Below, one piece after another: positions 10,301 through 19,395 of a stretch of 64,000 bases of DNA. The translations under genes and the position numbers were made by a program. This stretch comes from an uncultured virus (IMG/VR IMGVR_UViG_3300009495_000011) (taxonomy: Duplodnaviria > Heunggongvirae > Uroviricota > Caudoviricetes): the IMG/VR virus record IMGVR_UViG_3300009495_000011. One strand, 5' to 3'. The notes under the pieces were generated by a model. The model was not told where the DNA came from. It saw only the letters and a program-made list of their open reading frames with translations, and searched no databases. Positions within the stretch are counted from its first letter, which is position 1. Each line of letters starts with the position of its first letter.

Positions 10301-13300
10301 TTAGAATGTGCCGCCATCAATTGTGAAGTTATTAATGTAACTTAAATCAATTCCAGCGCCTTCTAAATCTTGTCCAACGTAGATATCTCTACCAACGCCA
10401 ACTCCGCCCTCTACTACTAATGCTCCGGAAGTAGTACTTCCCGACTCAGTAGTTGATTCGATTTGCATAATGCCAGCAACGTTTATATTCTCAGCAATGC
10501 CAACACCGCCGGTTACTAATAACGCTCCTGTTGTACTAGATGTAGAACTAGTTGGATCTTCAAGTCTTGTAAGGCCTGCAACATAAAGTGCTTTGCCAAT
10601 ACCAACTCCGCCTTCAGTTACTATTGCACCAGTTGCTGCACTTGTAGAATCTACTGTATTGGTAGCATTAATAATGCCGCCGACATAAACGTTCTCAGCA
10701 ACACCGATGCCGCCTTTAAATATTGCACCACCTGTTAGTACACTAGTGCTAGAGTCTGTTGACTCAAAGGAAGTTTGTCCAGTTGTTGCGCCAAATTCAA
10801 TACTAATTGCACTGTTAAATGCTCTTAAGAACTGTATGTTATCTCTAAGAAGATCAAAGTTTTCTTGTGCAGTACGGATTTCACCGCCTTGTACAGCTAG
10901 GTCTCCGAGTACATTAATATTTTCTCCGACTCCCAATCCGCCGCCAATAACAACAGCGCCGCTATTATATGCTAACGATCCGGTGTTAGAATTAAATCTA
11001 GTTGTACCTGCTGCATTACCAAAACTAATGTTTGTTGCTTGACCGAATGCATTTATAGTAGTAGCTGTTGTGTTAAAGACATTCTGAGTAGTTGAACTAC
11101 CGTATAAGTCACCTTCAATAAACAACTCACCTTCAACGGTCATGTTTTTCATTGAAACAATTCTACCGTTGCCTGCTGCATCAAGTTGCAACGGAGCATT
11201 TGTATTAAGTGTAGCTATTCGTGTACCAAACACTCCAACTTCGTCAAAGTAAACATTCTTTAGGAAGTATGCATCTTCAGCAACAGTTAAGAAATCCGAA
11301 AATACTTCAGGGGTGTTAATATTTGCTGTGATGTTTAGTATGCCATCAATAGTAGTGTTTCCGTTAATATTTGTAGGAACATTTACTGTTAATTCAGTGT
11401 CATCAAACTGCAAGTTGTCACTAGTTTGTATTTCATTTTGAAAGTCAATGTATGCAATTCTGTTTATTAGTTCGCCTGTAATAAATGCTCTAGGAGTAGT
11501 TACCCAATTGCTTGCATTTAAAACACCAGTAACGTTTGTATTTGCATCAAGATTAACTTCGCCTGTGCCGTTTGGCATAATGTCAATATCGGAGTTTGAC
11601 TGTAGTGTTTTAATTGCATTGCCTTCAATGCTTAAATTGCCATCAATTAATATTCCGCCTTGGAAGCCTTGATTGTTAAGTCTTAGTAACTCAATGCCGC
11701 CGCCATAGAAGAACAATGTGTCTTCGTTAGATCCTGGACTTGTTTCTGGAATTATGTAAGTGTCGCCGTCTACATCACGAACGCCGCCTAATGAACTCCA
11801 TGCAATACCGTTGTATCCTTCATACTGATTAGTATCAGTATTAAAGCGTACTTGTCCAAGTTCTCCTGCAGGTCTTACAGAATTGCCGCCAACTGGTATT
11901 ACTAATGCCGAATCGCCGATGATTCTAACTTGACCGCTGCCAGCTGCTTGAATTTCAAAATCAGCATTTGTGTTTATAGTGCTAATTCTATTTTGAAATA
12001 ATCTAAAATCTGATGTGTTAACTTCTGCAATGTACGCTGCACTAAACATCGAAGTTGTATGACCAATGTCATACGCCATATTAACGTCAGGAATAATATC
12101 ACTTGCAAAATTTTGTGCTGCTAAACTTGTAATAGATAGCGTTGCATTAGGCGCACTAATAGTGCCGCCTGGCAATACAATGTCGCCTTCAATATGAACT
12201 GTTTTGTTAAAGAAGAATTCACCAGTTCCACCTGGAGTTATTTCAAAACGATAGTTAGTATCAATGTCTGTCATTTTCATGACATTATTTTCAAACGTAA
12301 AGTTGTTGTTATTAAATCTAGTAGAATTTACTGTAAGATCATCAAAGTCCCACTGTCCGATTAATGTTCCGCCAGCGTATATATCAAACCTATCATCGTT
12401 AGACCCTGGAGATACTTCTGGAGTAATATATGTATTACCGTCAATGTCTTTAATGCCGCCTAGTGAGCTCCATGCTGTTCCCTGATAACCTTCAAACTGC
12501 TGAATTTGTGTGTTGAATCGGATAGCACCTGCTTGTGCATTTGGACCACGTTCGGGTGTATTACCTACTGGTACTTTAAGATAAGTTGTACCTCCAATGA
12601 GAACACTACCTGCACCGCTTGGTATAATTTCTAAATCAGAGTTAGTATTATTAACTGAGATTTTATTATCTTCTAAACGTATGTCATCTACTTGCACTGC
12701 ACTTGCATACAGTGTTGCCCAGACTGCGTCAGGTTGTCCTAAGTCCCATATCCCTGTAAATTCAGGAGCTGGCTGTATGTTGCTTTCAACAAACGATTTA
12801 AATTTAGTTACATGAGGAAAGTCATCACCTTGTAATAGCGGATCAGTACCAAGTTGGATTTCTCCTCGTAAAATAATTGGCCCACCAGTGATTTCTAGTT
12901 GCTGTGTTCCGTCAGCTGCATTGATTGATATGTCACCTTCAGCAGCATACAATGTCATTGCATCTAACGAATCAATTTCTAGTATATCAGTTGATCCAAT
13001 AGCGTTGCTTGTGAAAGTTAAAAATCCAGTTGTTAGTTCAGTAGCAGTAATACTACTCTTGTTTCCTGCGCCGTCATCAAATACTAATCCACCTGCTAGC
13101 GCACCAAAATTAAGCCCACTGCCGTCAATTTGCACTTCCCCTGTTTCTTGTGATACATAAAACAGATCGCCTACACGGAAGTCGCCTAAATGGTCAGTTG
13201 ATGTATAGCGAACTTTAGCACCGTTAGTTTCAACAACTTCGTTTGCTTGTATTGCATCCGAAGCACGGTTAGATGTTAGTTTGCCTGCGCCAATGTATGC

Positions 13301-14803
13301 AAAGTTGTGTCCAATTAAGCGCAAACTTACACCTGGTCCATCAGCAACAACACCTGTGTTACCGTATACCATTGCGGAGCCAATTGCTCTTAGTTCTGCG
13401 CCAAACTCAAACTTTGTAACTTCTACAATATTTTCTGCTTGTACACCAGAAACTGTACCAATAATTGAACCACCTTGACCATATTGCGGTGTAAAGTCAA
13501 CTCCGTCGAGTCCAGTATATAGTCCTGTAATTGACAATGTTTGAGTTGATACGTCCCAGCTTGATATTTGGAACTGTGCTACTGTTGAACCATCTGTTGA
13601 AGTGTAACGTACTGTTTCGCCCGGAATAAAGTTTCCGCCGGTGACATTGTTAACAATGACATAAGTTTGCCCAGTGCCGCCCCAGCCTTGTGTTCCTGTA
13701 GTTGCATGTATTGCTTTGTCTGCTAGGTAAACAAATGAGTTTAAATACTCCATACGTGTACCGTTTGTCAGTACAATAGCAGTTTGTCCTGGGCAAAAGA
13801 ATGTAGCTTCGTTTACAAGGAAACTTGGTTCTATAGAATTTCTATTAACGTATCTGCCGTCAGCTTTAATACCACGGCCTGCATCACCTGCACTATATCC
13901 GTATGGATCATCCGGTGAGTTAATGCCTAAACGTACTGTTGATCCGAAGTTAAGAACAGTTACGTTCATAATGTAAGGACCACGAGTAAATGTTGCTGTT
14001 GTTGACTCATCGTAACAGAAAGCATAACCTCTATCAGCTATGCTATTATATTCCATTTCTCGAACAGTCAAGTCTTTAACTGATGCGCCGCCTCTAAACT
14101 GGAAACAGTTTTGATCACGTGTCGCAGCAGTTGGTTTAATTTGTGTAGAGCGTATTCCTTGTCCGTTAATAGACACGCCGGGATATACAGTTAATGGAAA
14201 GATTTCTTCAAATGTCCCTGTTCCGATTTTAACAGTATCTCCGTTACGTGCAATAATAAGAGCTTGTCTAACAGTTGCAAGTGCGTCTTGCATACTTTCG
14301 CCTGTATTGCCGTCACTACCATTTGCAGTAACCCAAATTACATTACCTTCTGTTTTAGTAATGTCTACACCGTTAGCATAAATTCCTTCTGTACCGGCAC
14401 TATCTAAATAAAGTCCGGTATTTGAATCAATTGCTGATATACCTGTGCGACCGCCGTCGCCATCTAGTCTCAAGTTGTTGATGTTAACAACTTCGCCTGT
14501 AAAAGTAGTTGCAGTTTCGCCAACGGTAAGCAAGTTGTTAATAACAACATTACCAGTACCACTTGCACGTATAGATAAGTCGCCATTTGAGAACTGTGGT
14601 TCTAATACAGTTGCTTGCAATACGTTAGCGTTAAGTGTATCAGATACATTTGCACTTCCGTTGACATCTAATTCTACAATTGGACGCGAAGATTTACCAA
14701 TAGACATTTTACTGTCTGAAGTTACTTCACCATATCTATTAATCTTTAATGCTTCGTCTTTTACATTTTTAGAAGCAAGTGTATTACGTTTTAAAAACTT
14801 CAT
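10301..14803 (-). CDS. Large virion structural/fibre protein (1500 aa) with beta-helix-like domain and internal repeats
   Basis: NVIWVTANGSDGNTG...GDTVKIGTGTFEE beta-helix start; two RFNT..FEGY.G.AWSSLGG..D.DG.TYI.PE repeats; C-terminal S.TTGALVV.GGVG repeats typical of aquatic T4-like virion proteins. Confidence 0.75.
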   Translation of the reverse strand: MKFLKRNTLASKNVKDEALKINRYGEVTSDSKMSIGKSSRPIVELDVNGSANVSDTLNANVLQATVLEPQFSNGDLSIRASGTGNVVINNLLTVGETATTFTGEVVNINNLRLDGDGGRTGISAIDSNTGLYLDSAGTEGIYANGVDITKTEGNVIWVTANGSDGNTGESMQDALATVRQALIIARNGDTVKIGTGTFEEIFPLTVYPGVSINGQGIRSTQIKPTAATRDQNCFQFRGGASVKDLTVREMEYNSIADRGYAFCYDESTTATFTRGPYIMNVTVLNFGSTVRLGINSPDDPYGYSAGDAGRGIKADGRYVNRNSIEPSFLVNEATFFCPGQTAIVLTNGTRMEYLNSFVYLADKAIHATTGTQGWGGTGQTYVIVNNVTGGNFIPGETVRYTSTDGSTVAQFQISSWDVSTQTLSITGLYTGLDGVDFTPQYGQGGSIIGTVSGVQAENIVEVTKFEFGAELRAIGSAMVYGNTGVVADGPGVSLRLIGHNFAYIGAGKLTSNRASDAIQANEVVETNGAKVRYTSTDHLGDFRVGDLFYVSQETGEVQIDGSGLNFGALAGGLVFDDGAGNKSSITATELTTGFLTFTSNAIGSTDILEIDSLDAMTLYAAEGDISINAADGTQQLEITGGPIILRGEIQLGTDPLLQGDDFPHVTKFKSFVESNIQPAPEFTGIWDLGQPDAVWATLYASAVQVDDIRLEDNKISVNNTNSDLEIIPSGAGSVLIGGTTYLKVPVGNTPERGPNAQAGAIRFNTQIQQFEGYQGTAWSSLGGIKDIDGNTYITPEVSPGSNDDRFDIYAGGTLIGQWDFDDLTVNSTRFNNNNFTFENNVMKMTDIDTNYRFEITPGGTGEFFFNKTVHIEGDIVLPGGTISAPNATLSITSLAAQNFASDIIPDVNMAYDIGHTTSMFSAAYIAEVNTSDFRLFQNRISTINTNADFEIQAAGSGQVRIIGDSALVIPVGGNSVRPAGELGQVRFNTDTNQYEGYNGIAWSSLGGVRDVDGDTYIIPETSPGSNEDTLFFYGGGIELLRLNNQGFQGGILIDGNLSIEGNAIKTLQSNSDIDIMPNGTGEVNLDANTNVTGVLNASNWVTTPRAFITGELINRIAYIDFQNEIQTSDNLQFDDTELTVNVPTNINGNTTIDGILNITANINTPEVFSDFLTVAEDAYFLKNVYFDEVGVFGTRIATLNTNAPLQLDAAGNGRIVSMKNMTVEGELFIEGDLYGSSTTQNVFNTTATTINAFGQATNISFGNAAGTTRFNSNTGSLAYNSGAVVIGGGLGVGENINVLGDLAVQGGEIRTAQENFDLLRDNIQFLRAFNSAISIEFGATTGQTSFESTDSSTSVLTGGAIFKGGIGVAENVYVGGIINATNTVDSTSAATGAIVTEGGVGIGKALYVAGLTRLEDPTSSTSSTTGALLVTGGVGIAENINVAGIMQIESTTESGSTTSGALVVEGGVGVGRDIYVGQDLEGAGIDLSYINNFTIDGGTF

Positions 14804-14806
14804 TCT

Positions 14807-15139
14807 TTATACCCTCACGTAACTAGAGGTCACTGTAACTACGTTTGCAGTACTAGCAACAACTTGAATTCCGTCATTCTCTTCCATAACAAATTTTTCA
14901 GTATCTAAACTAAAACTTTCGCCTGCTGGAATCGACAAATCTTTCATTATTTGATTGTCTTCTCCTGCTGCATCACCAGCAGCAACAACGTGTAGATCAA
15001 CTGTTACGTCTGTGCTAGCAGATGTATTGCACAAAATCATTATAGTAACAGCTATATCATTACCGCCGCCTACAGCTTGATCATTGAGCAAAACTTCTGT
15101 TGCGTTAGTAGTGCTTATTCTTACATTTTTTATAGCCAT
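14807..15139 (-). CDS. Small beta-rich virion structural protein (110 aa)
   Basis: Co-oriented, tightly packed ORF in the fibre cluster, beta-strand-rich; function unassigned. Confidence 0.7.
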   Translation of the reverse strand: MAIKNVRISTTNATEVLLNDQAVGGGNDIAVTIMILCNTSASTDVTVDLHVVAAGDAAGEDNQIMKDLSIPAGESFSLDTEKFVMEENDGIQVVASTANVVTVTSSYVRV

Positions 15140-15150
15140 TTTTATATCCC

Positions 15151-16233
15151 TTAAAACAACAATCCGTAAATGATTGCCTTTCGTCTGCTTGCTAACTCGT
15201 CTCTGCCTTCTTCAGTTGCAGCATACAAGCCAGTGCCGCCTCCGCCTATTTCTCCACCGTATAACTTAGTTCCAGTGCCCGGAGGAGGAAGTGCAGGCTC
15301 GCTGCTATTCTTAACCATTAATAAATCATCTAGTATGCGTATGCTTCCTGAACCACTAACTGTTAGTGTAAGATCCGAGTTTGATCCCATACTTTCGATT
15401 AATGTTCCGCTATCGTAACCTTTTATTCTAAGTCCTTGTGCATCAATAGCATTGTAAAATTCAAAACCATCTTCATTCGATGCTCTAAAAGCAGGAACAT
15501 CATCGATAGTCATTTCAATTTCACTATTCTGCGTCCAGTTAACACCTTCTTGTTTAACTGTTATCGCAGTAGTAGAGATTGGTGCAAATGTAATTGGATC
15601 AGCAAGCGTACTAGAAATTGTAGGTACACCAGTTATGTTTAGATAGTCAACAATTTTCCAATCTACATAACCTTTGTTAGCAAGTATTTTATCGTCATCG
15701 TTTGTAAACCAACCCGATGCTCTAGGATCAATAGATTCTGCATATGCTGCACTATCTACTTCAAGTACACCTGTACTACCTAGACCTTGGAATAAAAATT
15801 TAGTTCCAGGGGTAATAACAATACTTTGTGTCTTTAATGGAACAGAAGTTTCTATTCTTGTTCCGCCGCCTGTAAACGATTCTTGGAAAAAGTTAATAAC
15901 ACCGTATGATTGTGCTCCAGTATAAGGATCAGTGAATGTTACGTCTTCGTCGTGGACTATATAAGTGTCCGGAATGCCATTACCTCTATTAATGTGCAAA
16001 CCGGCTTTTCTAAAACTTATAGCTCCTTGTGTGCCCGGATCACCTTCGTTTAAAGTTATTATAGGGTCTTTAATCGTTGTGATAGTAGAATTAACTGTAG
16101 TAGTGTTACCTGTTACAGTTAAATTACCATCAACGACTACGTTACCAGATGCGCCTGGATCGAGTGTGATCTTTCCACCTGGTTTAGTTTTTAATTTATA
16201 GTCGCCATCGGGTACACTAACTAGTCTTAACAT
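15151..16233 (-). CDS. Fibre-like virion protein (360 aa)
   Basis: VDGNLTVTGNTTTVNSTITTIKDPIITLN motif, also present in the fibre at 58908+. Confidence 0.7.
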   Translation of the reverse strand: MLRLVSVPDGDYKLKTKPGGKITLDPGASGNVVVDGNLTVTGNTTTVNSTITTIKDPIITLNEGDPGTQGAISFRKAGLHINRGNGIPDTYIVHDEDVTFTDPYTGAQSYGVINFFQESFTGGGTRIETSVPLKTQSIVITPGTKFLFQGLGSTGVLEVDSAAYAESIDPRASGWFTNDDDKILANKGYVDWKIVDYLNITGVPTISSTLADPITFAPISTTAITVKQEGVNWTQNSEIEMTIDDVPAFRASNEDGFEFYNAIDAQGLRIKGYDSGTLIESMGSNSDLTLTVSGSGSIRILDDLLMVKNSSEPALPPPGTGTKLYGGEIGGGGTGLYAATEEGRDELASRRKAIIYGLLF

Positions 16234-16261
16234 TATGATTCCTTATATTGAAAATATCAGC

Positions 16262-16678
16262 TTATGGTGCTGGGTCATCGCCTTCGAAGTCGTCTTCATC
16301 AACGCCTACATTGTCGATAACAGCATCATCGCCTGCTTCTTCCATTTCAACAGTTGCACCAGTTCCAGTGAAGTCCCAGTTAATAGTTAAACCGTTATCC
16401 ATTGTTACTTTGTGTGCAGCAATCTTTGTTACCTGACGTGGTGTTGCACCGTCAAGTACTGTAATAGTCATTTCACCAGCTGCTACTGCGCCTGATGCTT
16501 TGTCAACTAGTACACATGTTGCTTCGACAGTTCCGTCTGAGCATAAGAATTTTTTTGAACCTTTTTGTTTAACGATCCAGCCGTTTACACTAGCTGTTCC
16601 ATTGTGAAATTGTACTTTGATTTCGTTTCCTCCGGCAGTTGGTTCTCCGAAGTATCTTTTATTAAGTGGACGTCCCAT
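16262..16678 (-). CDS. Conserved virion protein (138 aa, MGRPLNKRYFG...), possible head decoration or fibre adaptor
   Basis: Strong AAGGAG SD, late promoter upstream, acidic tail; function inferred from position only. Confidence 0.65.
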   Translation of the reverse strand: MGRPLNKRYFGEPTAGGNEIKVQFHNGTASVNGWIVKQKGSKKFLCSDGTVEATCVLVDKASGAVAAGEMTITVLDGATPRQVTKIAAHKVTMDNGLTINWDFTGTGATVEMEEAGDDAVIDNVGVDEDDFEGDDPAP

Positions 16679-16684
16679 TGTTTT

Positions 16685-16745
16685 CTCCTTTTTGACGTTC
16701 TAGGTCTACGCGGCGGGTTTCCGCATAATTCCTCGCAATAGAGGA
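16685..16745 (-). promoter_or_regulatory. Structured 5' leader (three hairpins abutting the SD)
   Basis: Minus strand: TCCTC-TATTGC-GAGGA, TATGCGG-AAACCCG-CCGCGTA, GAC-CTAGAAC-GTC, then AAAAAGGAG. Confidence 0.5.
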
Positions 16746-16762
16746 TATCTCTATAACAAAAG

Positions 16763-16769
16763 TATTTAT
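16763..16769 (-). promoter_or_regulatory. Late promoter (ATAAATA)
   Basis: GATAAATAC just downstream of the 16800-16824 terminator and upstream of the fibre cluster. Confidence 0.7.
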
Positions 16770-16799
16770 CCATATCGACTGAAAGCATTATATGCAGAC

Positions 16800-16824
16800 A
16801 AAAAAGCCCGCTAATATGCGGGCT
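16800..16824 (-). terminator. Intrinsic terminator downstream of pqqA
   Basis: AGCCCGC-ATATTA-GCGGGCT stem followed by a T-tract on the minus strand. Confidence 0.85.
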
Positions 16825-16885
16825 ATGTTTTACTCACAATCTAATGTTTCTATTAGCTTGCTCATATCTACTTCTGGTAATGTTG

Positions 16886-16957
16886 TTACTTGTTCATCAC
16901 ATACATCGTTACTTCGAAGCCGAATCTCATCTCTGTTGCTTTCGGTGTTGTCCACAT
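16886..16957 (-). CDS. pqqA: Pyrroloquinoline quinone precursor peptide PqqA (23 aa; below the ORF-track cutoff)
   Basis: Translates to MWTTPKATEMRFGFEVTMYVMNK*, with the W-x-x-P N-terminus, R-x-G-F-E-V-T-x-Y core and E-x-x-x-Y pair of PqqA. GGAG SD 6 nt upstream. Confidence 0.95.
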   Translation of the reverse strand: MWTTPKATEMRFGFEVTMYVMNK

Positions 16958-17000
16958 AGTGTACTCCATAAATTAAGTTAATAAAAATTTACTACATTAC

Positions 17001-17006
17001 TATTTA
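17001..17006 (-). promoter_or_regulatory. Candidate late promoter (TAAATA) for pqqA
   Basis: TTTAAATAG between the capsid terminator and the pqqA SD; the context is AT-rich, so a chance match is possible. Confidence 0.5.
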
Positions 17007-17054
17007 AACATATTTGTACCTAAAAGTCATCCGTAAAATCATTAAAATTTAGTC

Positions 17055-17083
17055 AAAAAAATAGCACCCGAAGGTGCTATTTT
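17055..17083 (-). terminator. Intrinsic terminator after the major capsid gene
   Basis: AAAATAGCACC-TTCG-GGTGCTATTTT followed by more Ts; C(UUCG)G tetraloop typical of T4-like terminators. Confidence 0.92.
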
Positions 17084-17103
17084 CGTTTTATATAAAATAA
17101 AAC

Positions 17104-18276
17104 TTAGCTGAAGCTTACGTTCGAAATCGCAACACGCTCGACGTAGTCTGCTGCATTGCCTAGTGACGATGCAGTGTTGTTTAGTTCAACATAACCATAA
17201 CGTGTCATGAAGCTAACTACTGGCTCGAATGTATCTGGATCTAGTACAACACCGCTTGACATCAATGGGATGTATGGGCAGTAGAATGCAGCAGCATCAG
17301 ATTCTGAAGAACCTTTGTAGCCAACAAGAACGTCAGTTGCATCAGAAGCGTATGTATCAACATATACTTTCATTGCATTGTTCAATGTTCCAACGAACTT
17401 AGTGTTTGTTGGTGCTTCAAATGTACCTTCAGTAGTACGTGCAAACGCAGAAGTAGTTGCAGACTGCAATACTGTTAACGCGAATGGCGATACAACAGCA
17501 AAGTTACCTGCACCACGACGAGTGCGTTGTGCGATTTTGTTAGCCTGACGGTTGATTAGAACAGCTAATGCAGCATGCTCGTCACCAACGAAAGTAGCAG
17601 TACCACTTACAGCAGCCTGGTTAAAGGTCTCTGAAGCTGTTCCTGCTAATGAACGTAGACTGTTTAAGATTTCCTGATCAATTTCAGTTGTAATCTCTTG
17701 TGCAAGAGCTGCCATGATTTCAGCTTCGACATCAATGCCTTGCATTGACTGTGCGTCTTGAGCTGCTTCAAATGTCCAGCGAGCTGATAGCTTGCGTGAC
17801 TTTGCTTCAACAGTCTGTTTCAAGATCTGAATTGACATACGCTTACCTGCTGCACCTTCAAGTGTTGCAGTGTTGTTAGCTTTACCATCTGGATCAGCTG
17901 CATCGTTACCTGAGTAACCTTGAGCAATCTTGAATGGTGATAGAGCTTCTTCACCTGCTGTTACACCTGTTGCTGAATCAGCATAGCGTACTCTTAGTGT
18001 GTGGATTTGGCCCACTGGTCCTGTCATAGGCTGAACACCAACTAATTCGTTTGCGATTGTTGTTGGCATTACACGTCTGATGACGGGTAAAATAACTCTG
18101 TTAAGAGTTGCGACGTTACCGGCGGAGGTAGCACCTGCTGTAGCACTCTCTGACAAATACTTGCGAGTATTTTCAAGTGTAACAGCCATTACTGACTTAC
18201 GATTGCCTTCTAGGCCTTCGAGCAGTGCTGATTTAGTGTCCGACCAGCGGCTTTCTAGTAGTTCTGACATTTTCAT
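17104..18276 (-). CDS. gp23: Major capsid protein (T4 gp23-like)
   Basis: LVGVQPMTGPVGQI, KSRKLSARWTFEAAQD, AAFYCPYIPL and FMTRYG motifs. SD spacing favours the ATG at 18270. Confidence 0.97.
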   Translation of the reverse strand: MKMSELLESRWSDTKSALLEGLEGNRKSVMAVTLENTRKYLSESATAGATSAGNVATLNRVILPVIRRVMPTTIANELVGVQPMTGPVGQIHTLRVRYADSATGVTAGEEALSPFKIAQGYSGNDAADPDGKANNTATLEGAAGKRMSIQILKQTVEAKSRKLSARWTFEAAQDAQSMQGIDVEAEIMAALAQEITTEIDQEILNSLRSLAGTASETFNQAAVSGTATFVGDEHAALAVLINRQANKIAQRTRRGAGNFAVVSPFALTVLQSATTSAFARTTEGTFEAPTNTKFVGTLNNAMKVYVDTYASDATDVLVGYKGSSESDAAAFYCPYIPLMSSGVVLDPDTFEPVVSFMTRYGYVELNNTASSLGNAADYVERVAISNVSFS

Positions 18277-18283
18277 GTTCTCC

Positions 18284-19381
18284 TTATTTGATTCCTGCTA
18301 ATCGACGAATATCGAAAATATTATTTTCTGTTTCGCCTTTTGCACTACTGATACTAGTATTAACTTTGTTGCCTGTGATTTCTTTGCCTTCTGTCAGTGC
18401 CTTCTTCTTCGCTGGAGTTTTACCGTCAATTACCGCCGGTAGGTACTTTTCAAACTGTGCTGTTAGGCGTGCAGTCTGAACTGATTCCAGTAAGTCTGTC
18501 ATAATTTCCTTTTGCTCACCGTTAAGTGGGCCTAGGAGTTCTTGAAGCTTTTCTTTTCGCATCATTTGGCTGTTAGCTTCTGCAATTTCTCGCTGTTTGC
18601 TTTCAACCAAAGCAGTTTTTTCTACAATAGCTGCTTTCGCTTCTGCAAGCTCTAAGTCTTTTTTACTTAGTACTCTAAGAAGTTTAGCTGCCTCTGATTT
18701 CTCATTAAGGTAGCTGTTATTGTATTCTGATGCAAACGCTTCAAAGATCTTACGACCGAAGTCGTTACTACGTGCTGAATCGATATCTTCTTTCAGTGTT
18801 TTAATCTCTTTGTTAAGTGATTTTGCCACTGTTTCTGCAACAAGAGCTGAACTCTTTTTAACAAAAGTAGTTTTTACTTTTGCAAACTGAGCCTTCGCTT
18901 CTCTTATCAATGCAACTTTAGTTTCTGCTAGATCTTTTTTGTCTGTATGAAATTCTGCAATTTCCTTAGCTAGAGCTTCTACTACAAATTCTTCAAGTTG
19001 ACCATATTTTTCAGCCATAACTTTCTGATCTTCGTGTAACTCTGAAACTTCTTTAGTTAGTGATTCTACTACAAAGCCTTTTAGTAGATCTGCGTTTTCA
19101 CGCATTGCTACTGCATACTTTGCTTTTGCTTCAGCTAACTGTTTGCGGTCTTCTGCAAACTCTGAAATTTCAATTTGAAGACGGTCTTCAACTAACTTAT
19201 CGATAGCTTCTACCATAACGTTCTTGTCATGCGCATATTTCTGAGCAAACTCTTCACGCAGTTCTGACACTGCACTTTGCTTTGCTTCTGAAACTTTTGC
19301 ATTCCACGCTTCTTCAATTTCCGCTCTCACGCTTTCGGAAACAACATTGTTTTCAAATAGTGATTTTAATGCGTCCAACAT
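18284..19381 (-). CDS. gp22: Prohead core scaffold protein (gp22-like)
   Basis: Glu/Lys/Ala-rich coiled coil between protease and capsid, as in T4 gene order 21-22-23. Confidence 0.85.
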   Translation of the reverse strand: MLDALKSLFENNVVSESVRAEIEEAWNAKVSEAKQSAVSELREEFAQKYAHDKNVMVEAIDKLVEDRLQIEISEFAEDRKQLAEAKAKYAVAMRENADLLKGFVVESLTKEVSELHEDQKVMAEKYGQLEEFVVEALAKEIAEFHTDKKDLAETKVALIREAKAQFAKVKTTFVKKSSALVAETVAKSLNKEIKTLKEDIDSARSNDFGRKIFEAFASEYNNSYLNEKSEAAKLLRVLSKKDLELAEAKAAIVEKTALVESKQREIAEANSQMMRKEKLQELLGPLNGEQKEIMTDLLESVQTARLTAQFEKYLPAVIDGKTPAKKKALTEGKEITGNKVNTSISSAKGETENNIFDIRRLAGIK

Positions 19382-19395
19382 GTGTTTCTCCTCGT

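Noticed and set aside
16958..16969. Upstream in-frame ATG giving MEYT-PqqA
   Set aside because: That ATG overlaps the GGAG SD of the downstream ATG and has no SD of its own; PqqA normally starts at M-W.
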